From the sequence record MK234886: DNA of 64,000 nt; one strand, written 5' to 3'. Below the pieces are notes generated by a model, which was given only the letters and a program-made list of their open reading frames with translations, ran no database searches and was not told the DNA's origin. Shown piece by piece: positions 20,006 through 30,473 of the stretch (position 1 is the stretch's first letter; each line of letters starts with the position of its first letter). The position numbers and the translations under genes are program-made. Origin of the DNA: Escherichia phage AnYang.

Positions 20006-21725
20006 TCAGAATAGTTTTCGTCGCAATAAACTGATTGAAGAAATGGCTCCTCAGCGTCGTGCTGAGGCGCTAGCCCAAACTCAGAACGACGAATTAGGAA
20101 ATATATCAGATGTTTTATCCGATTCCCAGGCGGCGTCTGAATTGCTCTCTGAAGTGGTTGAGACAAAGTCTAATCAGATTATTAGTTCTGTAGACCGAGT
20201 AGATAAAAGCGTCCAAGATGTTGTCGCTGGAACAGAATTAACAGCCGAAGCCATATCAGAACAAACCCAACAATCTAAAGCTCTTTCGGATGCATTAAAC
20301 GAAAAGATTAGTAAGCTTTCTAATATGTTGGAGGCTAAATTTTCTGGTATTTCTATTCCACCGGAAGGGAGTTCATTAAAGGTTATTGAAGACTCTATTC
20401 CGGAAGAACCCAAGGCTGAAACTCCTAAAGTTCCTGCTGTTATTGAAGATATTCTCCCTCCGGAAGACAATAAACCTGACGCTGAATTTGTGCCTGAGCC
20501 TCCTAAAAATTCGGATGAAGGTAAAGAAGGTGATAAGTCTTCTCTTTCTGATAAAATTGAAGCCCTTACTAAAATAACTGAAAAGGGATTTAAAGCTTCC
20601 GTAAGTGTCGCTGATAGAATTTCAGGTATGCTTTTTAAGTATACTGTTACCGCTGCTGCTGAAGCTGCTAAACTCGCCGCAGGTTTAGTCCTTTTAATAT
20701 TTGGTATAGATGCCATTCGTGTATACTTCCAATATTTCATGGACCAATTCGAGTCAGGGTGGAAAGAATTTAACGATAAGTTTAAAGAGTGGGGACCTGT
20801 ACTTGAAGGATTAATGACATGGGCCAAGAATGCCGAAGCTATGTTTAGTGAAGGGAACTGGTTAGGTCTGGCCGAAGCCATTATTCGCGGTATGGTTAAT
20901 CTTACTAAAAATATGGCCCAGCTTTTAATGCTCGGTATTTCTAAGTTGATTTCTGCTATTTTAAGTAAAATACCTGGTATGGGTGAGTTGGCTGAAAACG
21001 TAGAGGCTTCCGCTTTAATGTCGTATCAACAAAATACCGGAGCCACTTTAGATGACGAAGACCAAACTAAAGTGGCCAAGTACCATGATAGACGTTCTGC
21101 TGAGGCTTTAGAAACAGCCGAGAAAATGAATAAGAAGTATAAGGGTAAACCTGAGCTTATAAACCAGGCAGAGAAATACGGTAATCTTACTAAAGAACAG
21201 GCTGACCAATTACGCGCGGGTGGAATTGACACAAGCTTCCGTGACCTCCCTGAAGAAGAACGTTTAGAGTATTTCAAGAAACGTGATAAAGCCCAGGCCG
21301 ATATTATTCGTTTGACCCAAACTGCCGATAATATAATGAAGCCTGATTCTAAAGATATCGAAAATGCTAAAGCATATAAAGCTGATATCGAGAAACAATT
21401 GGCTGACCCTATTATGGCTAAAGGTGGAGCACCGAAGGACCTTAATATCCAGCAATTACTTGATAAGATGAATAAATCTTTAGAGAAATTTAACGAAGCT
21501 GAAAAGCCTAAACCTGCTTCTGTAGCTGAATCCCCTGAAAATACCCAGGTTAAAAAGGTTGATGAGCAAATGAGAGCAAAGGAAAATGCTAAATATAGTC
21601 AGCAGGCTCCAACACAAATAAATCAGCAAACGAATATCAAGAAAACGAGTAAGACTAGTTATAATTTACCTCCACAGTCTTCTACTCCGGCTCCTGGTAT
21701 GCGTCAAGCTACTAAAGTTAATTAG
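19989..21725 (+). CDS. 29: Baseplate hub subunit and tail length determinator gp29
   Basis: 578 aa, low-complexity central region, position between 28 and 48 as T4 gp29 (590 aa). Confidence 0.88.
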   Translation: MKNESNQNSFRRNKLIEEMAPQRRAEALAQTQNDELGNISDVLSDSQAASELLSEVVETKSNQIISSVDRVDKSVQDVVAGTELTAEAISEQTQQSKALSDALNEKISKLSNMLEAKFSGISIPPEGSSLKVIEDSIPEEPKAETPKVPAVIEDILPPEDNKPDAEFVPEPPKNSDEGKEGDKSSLSDKIEALTKITEKGFKASVSVADRISGMLFKYTVTAAAEAAKLAAGLVLLIFGIDAIRVYFQYFMDQFESGWKEFNDKFKEWGPVLEGLMTWAKNAEAMFSEGNWLGLAEAIIRGMVNLTKNMAQLLMLGISKLISAILSKIPGMGELAENVEASALMSYQQNTGATLDDEDQTKVAKYHDRRSAEALETAEKMNKKYKGKPELINQAEKYGNLTKEQADQLRAGGIDTSFRDLPEEERLEYFKKRDKAQADIIRLTQTADNIMKPDSKDIENAKAYKADIEKQLADPIMAKGGAPKDLNIQQLLDKMNKSLEKFNEAEKPKPASVAESPENTQVKKVDEQMRAKENAKYSQQAPTQINQQTNIKKTSKTSYNLPPQSSTPAPGMRQATKVN

Positions 21726-21733
21726 GATTAATA

Positions 21734-22822
21734 ATGAAAGCAAAAGAACTTGACTTTGATGTAGCCTCCTTGTTTAAAGGAGGTTCAAAGACCTCCGCCG
21801 GGCAGTCTAAAGCTAAACCGATCCAAACTACAGTAACGGCCCAATACCCGGCAGAAAGGGCCTCCGGCAATGACACCTCTACAGATATGGTGTTAAGCGA
21901 TTTATATAAAAATGGCTTACTTTTTACGGCATATAATTTTAGCTCTCGTGTATCACCTGATTTGCGTAATGACCGATCAAGTCAAATGACTAAAAAGTTT
22001 TCAAAAGCCTCTAGTAAACTTACTGGTAATACCGGAGGATTCAGCGCGGTTAAAAACTTGTTCAGTAATAACTCTAAAGGAGTAAAATTTGACAACCAAG
22101 CTTTGGCAAATATTTTACTCCCACGTTCTAAATCTGACGTAGATTCGGTATCGCATAAATTTAATGATGTCGGTGAATCATTAATTACTAAAGGTGGTGG
22201 TACTGCTACAGGTATTTTAAGTAACATTGCAAGTACTGCTGTATTTGGTGCATTGGAATCTGTAACTAACGGCGTAATGGCTGATTCAGGTGAACAGATA
22301 TACACCACCGCCCGTAGTATGTACGCCGGCCCGGATAACCGTACTAAGGTATTCACTTGGGAAATGACTCCACGAAACGCTCAAGACCTTATCCAGATTA
22401 TTAAAATATACGAAATCTTTAATTACTATTCTTATGGTGAAACCGGCAACTCAGCCTTCGCTGGTGAATTAAAAGAGAAGATTGATACTTGGTATCGTTC
22501 TACGTTTAAAAAAGAAGCTATTGACAAGTTTGACGGTAAGCTATTAGTGGAAAGTATTACAAGCTTCCTTTCTAATGTTATTGTGGTAAGTAACCCGACC
22601 ATTTGGTATATCCGAAACTTTGGCGATAGCAGTTCATATGATGGTCGTGAAGATATTTTTGGCCCATGCCAAATCCAGAGTATACGATTTGATAAAACTC
22701 CGGACGGGCATTTTAACGGATTGGCTATTGCTCCTAACTTACCATCTACATTTAGTTTAGAAGTTACTTTCCGTGAAATCATTACTTTAAACCGTGGCTC
22801 ACTTTATACGGAAGGATTCTAA
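21734..22822 (+). CDS. 48: Baseplate tail-tube cap gp48
   Basis: 362 aa, position and size of T4 gp48 (364 aa). Confidence 0.88.
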   Translation: MKAKELDFDVASLFKGGSKTSAGQSKAKPIQTTVTAQYPAERASGNDTSTDMVLSDLYKNGLLFTAYNFSSRVSPDLRNDRSSQMTKKFSKASSKLTGNTGGFSAVKNLFSNNSKGVKFDNQALANILLPRSKSDVDSVSHKFNDVGESLITKGGGTATGILSNIASTAVFGALESVTNGVMADSGEQIYTTARSMYAGPDNRTKVFTWEMTPRNAQDLIQIIKIYEIFNYYSYGETGNSAFAGELKEKIDTWYRSTFKKEAIDKFDGKLLVESITSFLSNVIVVSNPTIWYIRNFGDSSSYDGREDIFGPCQIQSIRFDKTPDGHFNGLAIAPNLPSTFSLEVTFREIITLNRGSLYTEGF

Positions 22823-23775
22823 TGTATACTTTACAAGAATTTCAGAATCAGGCAATTAATATTGACCTACAAAGGAATAACCTGTTTAGTGTAGTATTTG
22901 CTACAGTTCCTTCTTCTAAATCTCAAGCGCTCCTCGACCAGTTCGGTGGAGCTTTATTTAACAATATCCCATTGAATACCGATTTGTTTGGTATTACACA
23001 AGGAGAGTTGACCCAAGGTGTTACGACATTAGTGACAGCGGGCACTCAGAAGTTGATTCGTAAGTCAGGCATAAGTAAATATCTGATTGGAGCTATGTCA
23101 TCCAGGGTTGTGCAGAGCTTACTAGGAGAGTTTGAAGTAGGTACATATCTGATGGATTTTTTCAATATGGCTTATCCTACCGCAGGTCTTTTAGTCCACG
23201 CTGTTAAAATCCCGGATAATACTTTGAATTATGAAATGGATTTGAACCACAACTCGCCTAATATCAAAATTACCGGAAGAGAATATTCTCCTCTGGTATT
23301 AAGCTTCCGTATGGATTCTGAAGCTGCTAACTACCGTGCTTTTAATGATTGGGTCAATAGTGTTCAAGACCCTATCACACAATTAAGAGCATTACCTGAG
23401 GATGTTGAAGCTGACATTCAAGTCAACCTTCATTCTCGTAATGGATTACCCCATACAGTAGTAATGCTTAACGGGTGTGTTCCTGTGGGTGTTTCATCGC
23501 CTGAATTATCTTATGATGGCGATAACCAAATTGCTTCGTTTGATGTTACATTTGCTTATAGAAGTGTGCAGACGGGTGCAGTTGGTAAACAGGCTGCTTA
23601 TGAATGGCTGGAAGATAAAGTCCTTAAAGGAGTGGCGGGTATAAGTGAGAGTAATTCATTGAGTTCTTCAGTAGCTAAATTAAGCCGACTTTCAGGAGCT
23701 TCTAGTGGATTGACTGGATTGGTTAATACATTTGGTGGGCGTGCTATTAATAATGGAATATCGAGGTTGTTATAA
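22822..23775 (+). CDS. 54: Baseplate tail-tube initiator gp54
   Basis: 317 aa, start overlaps the gp48 stop, position and size of T4 gp54 (320 aa). Confidence 0.88.
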   Translation: MYTLQEFQNQAINIDLQRNNLFSVVFATVPSSKSQALLDQFGGALFNNIPLNTDLFGITQGELTQGVTTLVTAGTQKLIRKSGISKYLIGAMSSRVVQSLLGEFEVGTYLMDFFNMAYPTAGLLVHAVKIPDNTLNYEMDLNHNSPNIKITGREYSPLVLSFRMDSEAANYRAFNDWVNSVQDPITQLRALPEDVEADIQVNLHSRNGLPHTVVMLNGCVPVGVSSPELSYDGDNQIASFDVTFAYRSVQTGAVGKQAAYEWLEDKVLKGVAGISESNSLSSSVAKLSRLSGASSGLTGLVNTFGGRAINNGISRLL

Positions 23776-23782
23776 CAAAAAA

Positions 23783-23803
23783 GGAGAGCGTATGCTCTCC
23801 TTT
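23783..23803 (+). terminator. Rho-independent terminator after gene 54
   Basis: GGAGAGC-gtat-GCTCTCC hairpin followed by a T-rich stretch. Confidence 0.65.
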
Positions 23804-23810
23804 AGGGGGT

Positions 23811-24101
23811 TTATTTACGGAACGAAATGAAACCTGCAGCAGTCATTAATGGTTGCTTTTTAACAAATACCGTAACTGAAATAGGAGCTTCGGATTCAAG
23901 CTGACCGGTCACTACACCATTAAAAATGTTTTCGGTTTGTTCCGGCTGAGAAAAGTTCTCAACAGGTCGGATATCAAATTGCTTATCTTCACCGAAAACT
24001 CGACGCAATTCATTACCAACTGCACTGTCAAACTCTTCGGAAGCAGGGATAACGTTTTCAACTACCAGTTCTTGACCGTTAAAGCGGAATGCAGATTTCA
24101 T
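23811..24101 (-). CDS. Hypothetical protein (96 aa) downstream of the alt array
   Basis: ORF with RBS-like GAGGAG upstream; same position as the T4 alt.-1/-2/-3 small ORFs; no recognised domain. Confidence 0.5.
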   Translation of the reverse strand: MKSAFRFNGQELVVENVIPASEEFDSAVGNELRRVFGEDKQFDIRPVENFSQPEQTENIFNGVVTGQLESEAPISVTVFVKKQPLMTAAGFISFRK

Positions 24102-24158
24102 AATGTTCTCCTCATGTTTGTGTAAGGTAATAGTACCACATCCTTGTGGTGTTGTAAA

Positions 24159-26282
24159 CTACATTTTGAATTTATTTGGTAGAGCAGAGATATCCAAAGA
24201 TGCCGCTAAGATTTCCATAGCCTCGTTGCTTTCAGAAACAGATTCACTAACCAAGAACTGTTTAAAGCCATCCATCGGACGAACTTCACCGGTTTCCATC
24301 AAATGGTCGCCATCGTAAACAGATTCACTGAGCTCTGAAGGAGACATCACTGTAGCTTCCATAAGGTATTTGTGAGATACCCTATCATTCATAGCAAAAG
24401 CCGCTACTTTATCGACCTTCATCAATAATCCGCGCGGAAGGATAATTTCTGCTTCTTCAGCGTATTCTGTAAGGTCACCTGGAGCGATAACTTTAACTGC
24501 TTCAGCACCTCGAATAACCATACCAATTTCAGCAATTCTATCCGCAGGGCCTTCAGGTGCAATTGGATTACCAAACTCGTCTTCTTCCCATTCTACCTCT
24601 TCGTCATCGACTTCACCCACATCAGATGAACTACCACTAGCCAATTTAAACAACTCATCAGCGGAGGATAAAGAACCTTCACCACCAACAAAAACGGCTT
24701 GGTTGTCGAGGGCCATATAATTTTTACCGAATTCACCAAAGATGTTAGGTTTTAGTGAGGCAGATACAAAGTTCTTAAAGTAAAATGTTTTGTTATCAAT
24801 ATTATGGCGCAGAATTTTGTATGGCAAATCCTGACCACGATACAAAATAGTACCCTTAGGAAGTTTAATACCCTTAGTAAATGCTGAGTCTAAATCCTTA
24901 ATCAATTTAATAGCCGTTGTATTGTTTTCGGATTCAGGTTTACCTAAAAGGAATAAGTTCATAGGAGCATATTCAGCAGCGCAATATTCAATAATAGCAT
25001 TGCTTTCATCTTTGGTTAGGTCCTTAGGTTTAATGAGCTCACCTGAATAAGCATATGCATCACTAATAGAATCGTTAATTAGTTTATAAACGGCTTCCAT
25101 AGCGAAAGCAATTCGGGATGCTTTCTCTGAAGGGGAGCCTTTAAAACGGGTACTCAGGTTATTAACAATTTTCTTAATAATATCCAGACTATTGGTTGTA
25201 TTGATTTGCGAAAGGCCGCTTAAAAGTCTATCGACTTCTGTATTAAAAAATGCCATATTTTTAGAGTAAATTTCAAACCCTTGTTTATCTCTATTAGCAT
25301 AATTTAGTTTAAATTTACTATCAGTCATTAAAGCGTGCGTGAGAGCAATGGTGTATCTAAAGTTGGCAAGGTCCTCGCTCTTAGATTTAAACTGAGAAGC
25401 CTGGCGCATTTTGGTAATAGCACCTTTTTTAAAGTTCTGACTAATCTGCTCAATACCTTCGTTCTCAGGGCCTTCGGCAGTGTGAACCGGCACAGAAGCT
25501 TCAAACTCATTATAAACCTGCAATTCTTTAGGGGACAAAGTTTCAGGCTCAGCAGTAGAATACTGTGCGGCTGCTGCCATACGACGGGAAATCTTAGTAC
25601 GAGTAATAACAGCCTTATCAGTACGTTTCTCTTCAACCTTAGCAATACTTGCCGAGACGGCTTCGACCTTACTTACAGACTGACCTGTTTTCTTGGATAC
25701 ATAAACTTCGCCGACTTTAGAATCGACTTTGGTATAAAGGTCAGCATCAATTTCGGGCATACCTTTGATATCTTCAATATTAGTACCACGACGTACTAAA
25801 AGAACGTAGGTATGTTTACCACTGAATTGGAACATATCATCGACAACTTTAAACTTACCACCGGTACGGGCCATCGCCAAACGTGCCAATACCCGCTGAA
25901 CAGTAGGGCCTTTACCTTTCATTTTCTTGGTAGGAAAACGGAATAAAACCGCATCCATTTTAAGTTTGTTTACTTGTTCGTATGCAGTATCAAAAATGGT
26001 ATTCAGCGTACCGAGTGGATCGGTACCCAAACCACCTTTGAGTTCTGCCGGAGCGCCTTTAGCAGACAAACTCATTAAGATGACATGGACGTACTTATCG
26101 CCTGGCTTAACCATTTTAATAGCATCGCCTTCAGACGCGTATGAAACCATACGCGCCACTAAATTGTCATTACCAGGAGCATGAACCGCAAAAATCTGCG
26201 GTATGCCCGAGCCAGGTTTAAGATTTGTTACTGGGTAATTTTTTTTATCACTTTTATCAAAAACTTCGTTTAAATTTTCCAT
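24159..26282 (-). CDS. alt: Alt-like ADP-ribosyltransferase, paralog 1 (most downstream)
   Basis: 707 aa; conserved Alt N-terminal region and C-terminal ART motifs (YRGQ, FYFKNFVSASL, EIILPRGLLMKVDKV); N-terminal ~240 aa nearly identical to paralog 2. Confidence 0.85.
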   Translation of the reverse strand: MENLNEVFDKSDKKNYPVTNLKPGSGIPQIFAVHAPGNDNLVARMVSYASEGDAIKMVKPGDKYVHVILMSLSAKGAPAELKGGLGTDPLGTLNTIFDTAYEQVNKLKMDAVLFRFPTKKMKGKGPTVQRVLARLAMARTGGKFKVVDDMFQFSGKHTYVLLVRRGTNIEDIKGMPEIDADLYTKVDSKVGEVYVSKKTGQSVSKVEAVSASIAKVEEKRTDKAVITRTKISRRMAAAAQYSTAEPETLSPKELQVYNEFEASVPVHTAEGPENEGIEQISQNFKKGAITKMRQASQFKSKSEDLANFRYTIALTHALMTDSKFKLNYANRDKQGFEIYSKNMAFFNTEVDRLLSGLSQINTTNSLDIIKKIVNNLSTRFKGSPSEKASRIAFAMEAVYKLINDSISDAYAYSGELIKPKDLTKDESNAIIEYCAAEYAPMNLFLLGKPESENNTTAIKLIKDLDSAFTKGIKLPKGTILYRGQDLPYKILRHNIDNKTFYFKNFVSASLKPNIFGEFGKNYMALDNQAVFVGGEGSLSSADELFKLASGSSSDVGEVDDEEVEWEEDEFGNPIAPEGPADRIAEIGMVIRGAEAVKVIAPGDLTEYAEEAEIILPRGLLMKVDKVAAFAMNDRVSHKYLMEATVMSPSELSESVYDGDHLMETGEVRPMDGFKQFLVSESVSESNEAMEILAASLDISALPNKFKM

Positions 26283-26285
26283 TAT

Positions 26286-28331
26286 TTACCCTTGGATGAA
26301 TTTTTCTGGGATTTCGTCAAAATTAATACATGAAGCTAAAATAGGCATTATATCCACTTTGGTCGATTTGACAAATGAATCAAAAGACACAGGGTTGTCG
26401 GTCTCTGTTTCTACACCTTGGTAAACAACCAATTCGCCTGTTTCCATCAATGCATCACCATCATAGATAACCGCATTTTCTGCTAGTTGGTCTGTGGTCT
26501 GGATATCTGCTTCCAATAATTTGGTGTTGTAGTTTCCTTTATATGAAGCATCAGTAATTTTAGTAATCTTAACTGTAGTTCCACGTGGAAGAATAACCTC
26601 TTGTTCTGTTGGAGAACCTGACAATTCACCAGGCATAATTACGTTAATAGAGTCTGCACCAGAAATTTTCCAGCCGATGTTCATCATTGTATTTTCGGAA
26701 CTCGTCAGCATACTTGGAAGAACAATTTCATTATCGCCTTGGAAAGATGTCCCAGCGCGATAGTCTTGATGTACTGCTGCCATTGCGACGTTTGATACCC
26801 AGCCGCCAAAGATAATCGGCTTAAGGGACGTTGATACATAGTTCCTGAAATAAAACAATTTTGAGTGCTTGATTTTATCAAAAGTGTTAACATTTAAATA
26901 TTGGCCACGCCAAAGTGTAATATCAGGTGGCAATTTATGACCAATTTCAAATGCCGCATCCATATCATTAATTACTTCAATTACACGCTGACTATCAATG
27001 AATTCTGCATCCTCTTCATAATAATTACCCAACAAATAATTATTAACATCGGTATAATATTGGCCGCAATAAGAAGAAATAGCCTCACGCTGCTCATACT
27101 CAAATCGATTATCGCTATAACCTGCTGTAAAATGCATAAGACTTTCTGATGCTTCATTAGCAAAGTCGGTAACAGCAGCACTTATACGTTGAGCATACTC
27201 TTGTTCCCAAAGCTCTGCTGCATATTCTGACGCATCCATATTAGGAGGGGCCTCATTCATTTTTCTTTCGATAAATGCAGCTTTGCGAAGGTTAAGAATC
27301 TCTGCACATGATTCGGCAAAAATCTGCATCTGCTTCATACTGCCGACAGGAGCACGTTTAAGTTCACGATGCATACGGTTAAAAATTGGGTCAGAGTCTT
27401 CGACTCGAATTTCTTCTTTCCAAACACCATTTGCTCGCATAGCCGTATCTGCCGCGCGCATACGGTCCATAGTATTCGTTTCAGAAGGTCGAACAAAAAT
27501 TTCCAGTTCTTCATAATCATCGATAAGTTCTGCCGTAGCCGGTCGACTAAACTTAGCAGCTTCTGCATCAATTTCGTCCCAACCTTCCGGAACTTCATCT
27601 CGAGGAGAATATTGGGCTGCGGCTACAGCACGCCTAGAAATCTTGGTAGTAGTAATGACAGCCTTATCAGTACGTTTTTCTTCGACTGCCGCTATACTAG
27701 CAGATAGTGCTTCTATTTTGGTTACTGATTGGCCTGTTTTCTTAGAAACATAAACCTCACCAACTTTAGAATCGACTTTAGTATAAAGGTCAGCATCAAT
27801 TTCGGGCATACCTTTTATGTCCTCAATATTAGCTTGTTTACGAACCAGTAAAACATATGTATGTTTGCCTGTAAATTGATACAGGCCATCAACAACTTTA
27901 AACTTACCGCCAGTACGAGCCATAGCCAAACGAGCTAATACGCGCTGAATAGTGGGACCCTTACCTTTCATTTTCTTAGTAGGGAAACGGAAAAGAACTG
28001 CATCCATTTTAAGTTTATTTACTTGTTCATATACCGTATCGAAAATGGTATTCAATGTACCAAGTGGGTCAGAACCTAACCCACCTTTCAACTCGGCTGG
28101 GGTACCCTTAGCAGACAAACTCATCAAAATAACATGAACATATTTGTCGCCCGGCTTAACCATTTTAATAGCGTCTCCTTGAGACGCATAAGATACCATA
28201 CGAGCGACCAAGTTATCATTACCTGGTGCTTGGATAGAGAAAATCTGTGGAATACCGGAACCTGGTTTAAGATTTATTACTGGATAGTTTTTAGCGGAAT
28301 CACTATCAAAAACTTCGTTTAAATTTTCCAT
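26286..28331 (-). CDS. alt: Alt-like ADP-ribosyltransferase, paralog 2
   Basis: 681 aa; Alt N-terminal region, divergent centre, ART motifs WRGQ, FYFRNYVSTSL, EVILPRG. Confidence 0.85.
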   Translation of the reverse strand: MENLNEVFDSDSAKNYPVINLKPGSGIPQIFSIQAPGNDNLVARMVSYASQGDAIKMVKPGDKYVHVILMSLSAKGTPAELKGGLGSDPLGTLNTIFDTVYEQVNKLKMDAVLFRFPTKKMKGKGPTIQRVLARLAMARTGGKFKVVDGLYQFTGKHTYVLLVRKQANIEDIKGMPEIDADLYTKVDSKVGEVYVSKKTGQSVTKIEALSASIAAVEEKRTDKAVITTTKISRRAVAAAQYSPRDEVPEGWDEIDAEAAKFSRPATAELIDDYEELEIFVRPSETNTMDRMRAADTAMRANGVWKEEIRVEDSDPIFNRMHRELKRAPVGSMKQMQIFAESCAEILNLRKAAFIERKMNEAPPNMDASEYAAELWEQEYAQRISAAVTDFANEASESLMHFTAGYSDNRFEYEQREAISSYCGQYYTDVNNYLLGNYYEEDAEFIDSQRVIEVINDMDAAFEIGHKLPPDITLWRGQYLNVNTFDKIKHSKLFYFRNYVSTSLKPIIFGGWVSNVAMAAVHQDYRAGTSFQGDNEIVLPSMLTSSENTMMNIGWKISGADSINVIMPGELSGSPTEQEVILPRGTTVKITKITDASYKGNYNTKLLEADIQTTDQLAENAVIYDGDALMETGELVVYQGVETETDNPVSFDSFVKSTKVDIMPILASCINFDEIPEKFIQG

Positions 28332-28334
28332 TAT

Positions 28335-30419
28335 TTACCCTTGGATGAATTTTTCTGGGATGTCATAGAGGTCTATGCATGAAGCCAAAAGAGACAGCAC
28401 ATCAACCCGTGTAGATTTAACAAATGAATCAAAAGATACGGGGCTTTCGGAAGTATCGAAATCATCTTGATATACGACCAACTCGCCGGTTTCCATTAGT
28501 ACGTCACCATCATACACCACAGATTCTTGAAGCTCATCTGTTGTCATAACTTCAGCTTGGATGAGTTTTGTATTATTAGATGTTCTTCCATCATTATTAG
28601 ACGCATCTGTTATTTTATTAACTTTGACCATTAATCCACGCGGTAGAATAACTTCAGCTTCAGTTGCTATTCCGAGATTTCCTGGATATACAACATTAAC
28701 TTTATGAGCCCCATCAATCGCCCATCCTATTTGAACTTTAACGTAATCAGGATTTTCTTTATATGCTCTTATTTCATTAGGATTAATAGTTATTCCTTCT
28801 TCATTTTTATCGACCGTCAATTCATTACGAACTTCCGGTTCTAAAAGACCGATACCGGCGTGCGTAACACCAAAACGACCAAAAATGATAGGAGTTAAAG
28901 AAGTAGATACAAAATTTCTGAAATAGAACACTTTATTTTTAACTAGTGCTTCGTATATAGGAGCAGTCATACTCTGTGCACGATAAACTGTGATGCCTTC
29001 TGGTATACGGTCGCCATTTTCGAAAGCAGAATCCAAATTATTAACTGCAGATTCGATATCTTTTTCACTCATAATCTCATAGTTCTGAGGATTGTAACGA
29101 CCTAAAAGAAGGTTATTTATATCGCCGTATCCAGAGCCACAATATTCTCTGATGCCACGCTTTTGTGATGGGGTGTATTTAGAACCCTCACGAGCAATAG
29201 TAATATCAATCATTGAACCACCACCCACACCAGCAAAACTATACACGCGTTTTTTAATGAATTTGGTCTTGGATGCTTTCCACTTGGACTCGGTCAATTC
29301 ATTCCAGAGGTCGTCAGGTTGGCCTTTACGAGTTTTGTTATGCGTAGCCAACCATTCGCCTTTGTATTCTTCGAAAACGGTATTAATAGCAGAGGCATAT
29401 TTTTCTAGAGCTTTAACAGATGTCAAAGGTTCGTTTTTGATGGCTGATAGGATTTTCTCTTTAATTTTCTCTTTGATTTCACCTATACCGTGAAGAGGAA
29501 ACATTTTATAATCGTAATGCAATTCTTCAGCAGTGCCTTCAGCTACTATATTAGCAACCTTATTTTTAGCCGCAGGAGAATTGTTATTAGTAACCATTTC
29601 CTGGGCCTCAGGGATTAATGGAGCTGTTGCAGGTTTATTAAAATCTACGGCATTTGCTTCATATTTCTTAAACAGTTCACTTTCATTACGATAAGATTCT
29701 AACGATTGACTTGCTGCAATGGCACGACGAGAAATCTTAGTCTTGGTTATAACCATTTTATCAGTGCGACGTTCTTCAACTTTAGCAATACTGCCGGCAA
29801 TAGCAGTTTCTTTAGTAACCTGCACACCTTCTTTTTTAGAAATATAAACTTCACCGACATCAGAATCTACCTTAGTATATAATTCAGCATTAATTCCTGG
29901 CATACCTTTGATATCTTCGATATCGGCCTGTTTACGAACTACTAGGATATAAGTATGCTTGCCTGTAAATTGGTACATAGCTGGAATTACTTTGAAGCGC
30001 CCACCAGTTTTTTGAGTTACTAAACGTTGGATAATTCTCTGGACAATAGGGCCTTGTCCTTTCATTTTCTTGGTAGGAAAACGGAACATCACGGCATCCA
30101 TACGAAGCTTTTTAACTTGTTCGAATACTGCGTCGAAAATGGTATTAATAGCATCAATAGGAGTGGGACCAAGGCCACCCTTAAGTTCGGCTGGAGTACC
30201 TTTAGCTGATAAACTCATCAAAATAACGTGGGCATATTTATCACCCAATTTAACTTGTTTAATGGCGTCGCCTTCAGAGGCATAGGATACCATACGAGCA
30301 ACCAATTGGGATTCTGCGTCGCCTATCTTCCAAATCTGGGGTACTTTAAGTTTAGGGTTCAAGTTTACTGTAGGCAGTGTGCCTTCGGACTCAAACACTT
30401 CATTTAATTGTTCGGTCAT
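28335..30419 (-). CDS. alt: Alt ADP-ribosyltransferase, paralog 3 (closest to T4 Alt)
   Basis: 694 aa; extensive identity to T4 Alt (682 aa) incl. ISRRAIAASQSLES, TPSQKRGIREYCGSGY, FYFRNFVSTSL, EVILPRGLMVKVNKITDAS. Confidence 0.92.
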   Translation of the reverse strand: MTEQLNEVFESEGTLPTVNLNPKLKVPQIWKIGDAESQLVARMVSYASEGDAIKQVKLGDKYAHVILMSLSAKGTPAELKGGLGPTPIDAINTIFDAVFEQVKKLRMDAVMFRFPTKKMKGQGPIVQRIIQRLVTQKTGGRFKVIPAMYQFTGKHTYILVVRKQADIEDIKGMPGINAELYTKVDSDVGEVYISKKEGVQVTKETAIAGSIAKVEERRTDKMVITKTKISRRAIAASQSLESYRNESELFKKYEANAVDFNKPATAPLIPEAQEMVTNNNSPAAKNKVANIVAEGTAEELHYDYKMFPLHGIGEIKEKIKEKILSAIKNEPLTSVKALEKYASAINTVFEEYKGEWLATHNKTRKGQPDDLWNELTESKWKASKTKFIKKRVYSFAGVGGGSMIDITIAREGSKYTPSQKRGIREYCGSGYGDINNLLLGRYNPQNYEIMSEKDIESAVNNLDSAFENGDRIPEGITVYRAQSMTAPIYEALVKNKVFYFRNFVSTSLTPIIFGRFGVTHAGIGLLEPEVRNELTVDKNEEGITINPNEIRAYKENPDYVKVQIGWAIDGAHKVNVVYPGNLGIATEAEVILPRGLMVKVNKITDASNNDGRTSNNTKLIQAEVMTTDELQESVVYDGDVLMETGELVVYQDDFDTSESPVSFDSFVKSTRVDVLSLLASCIDLYDIPEKFIQG

Positions 30420-30455
30420 AATAATTCCTCTTTAATAACCTTATTTATGCCAGAA

Positions 30456-30471
30456 AAGGCCCGAAGGCCTT
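30456..30471 (-). terminator. Stem-loop terminator upstream of the alt array (minus strand)
   Basis: AAGGCC-cgaa-GGCCTT hairpin followed on the minus strand by TTTTCTGG. Confidence 0.55.
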
Positions 30472-30473
30472 TA

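Noticed and set aside
20174-20881. 235-aa Ser/Ala-rich minus-strand ORF inside gene 29
   Set aside because: Antisense to the low-complexity region of gp29; no start-site signals.
25335-25799. Plus-strand ORFs inside the alt paralogs (also 27369-27707, 29152-29493)
   Set aside because: All nested antisense to strongly supported alt genes; no independent support.
24159-28331. Alt paralogs 1 and 2 as a possible assembly duplication artefact
   Set aside because: Only the N-terminal third is near-identical; the central regions differ and the proteins differ in length (707 and 681 aa), which a collapsed or duplicated repeat would not produce. Read data would still be needed to exclude it fully.
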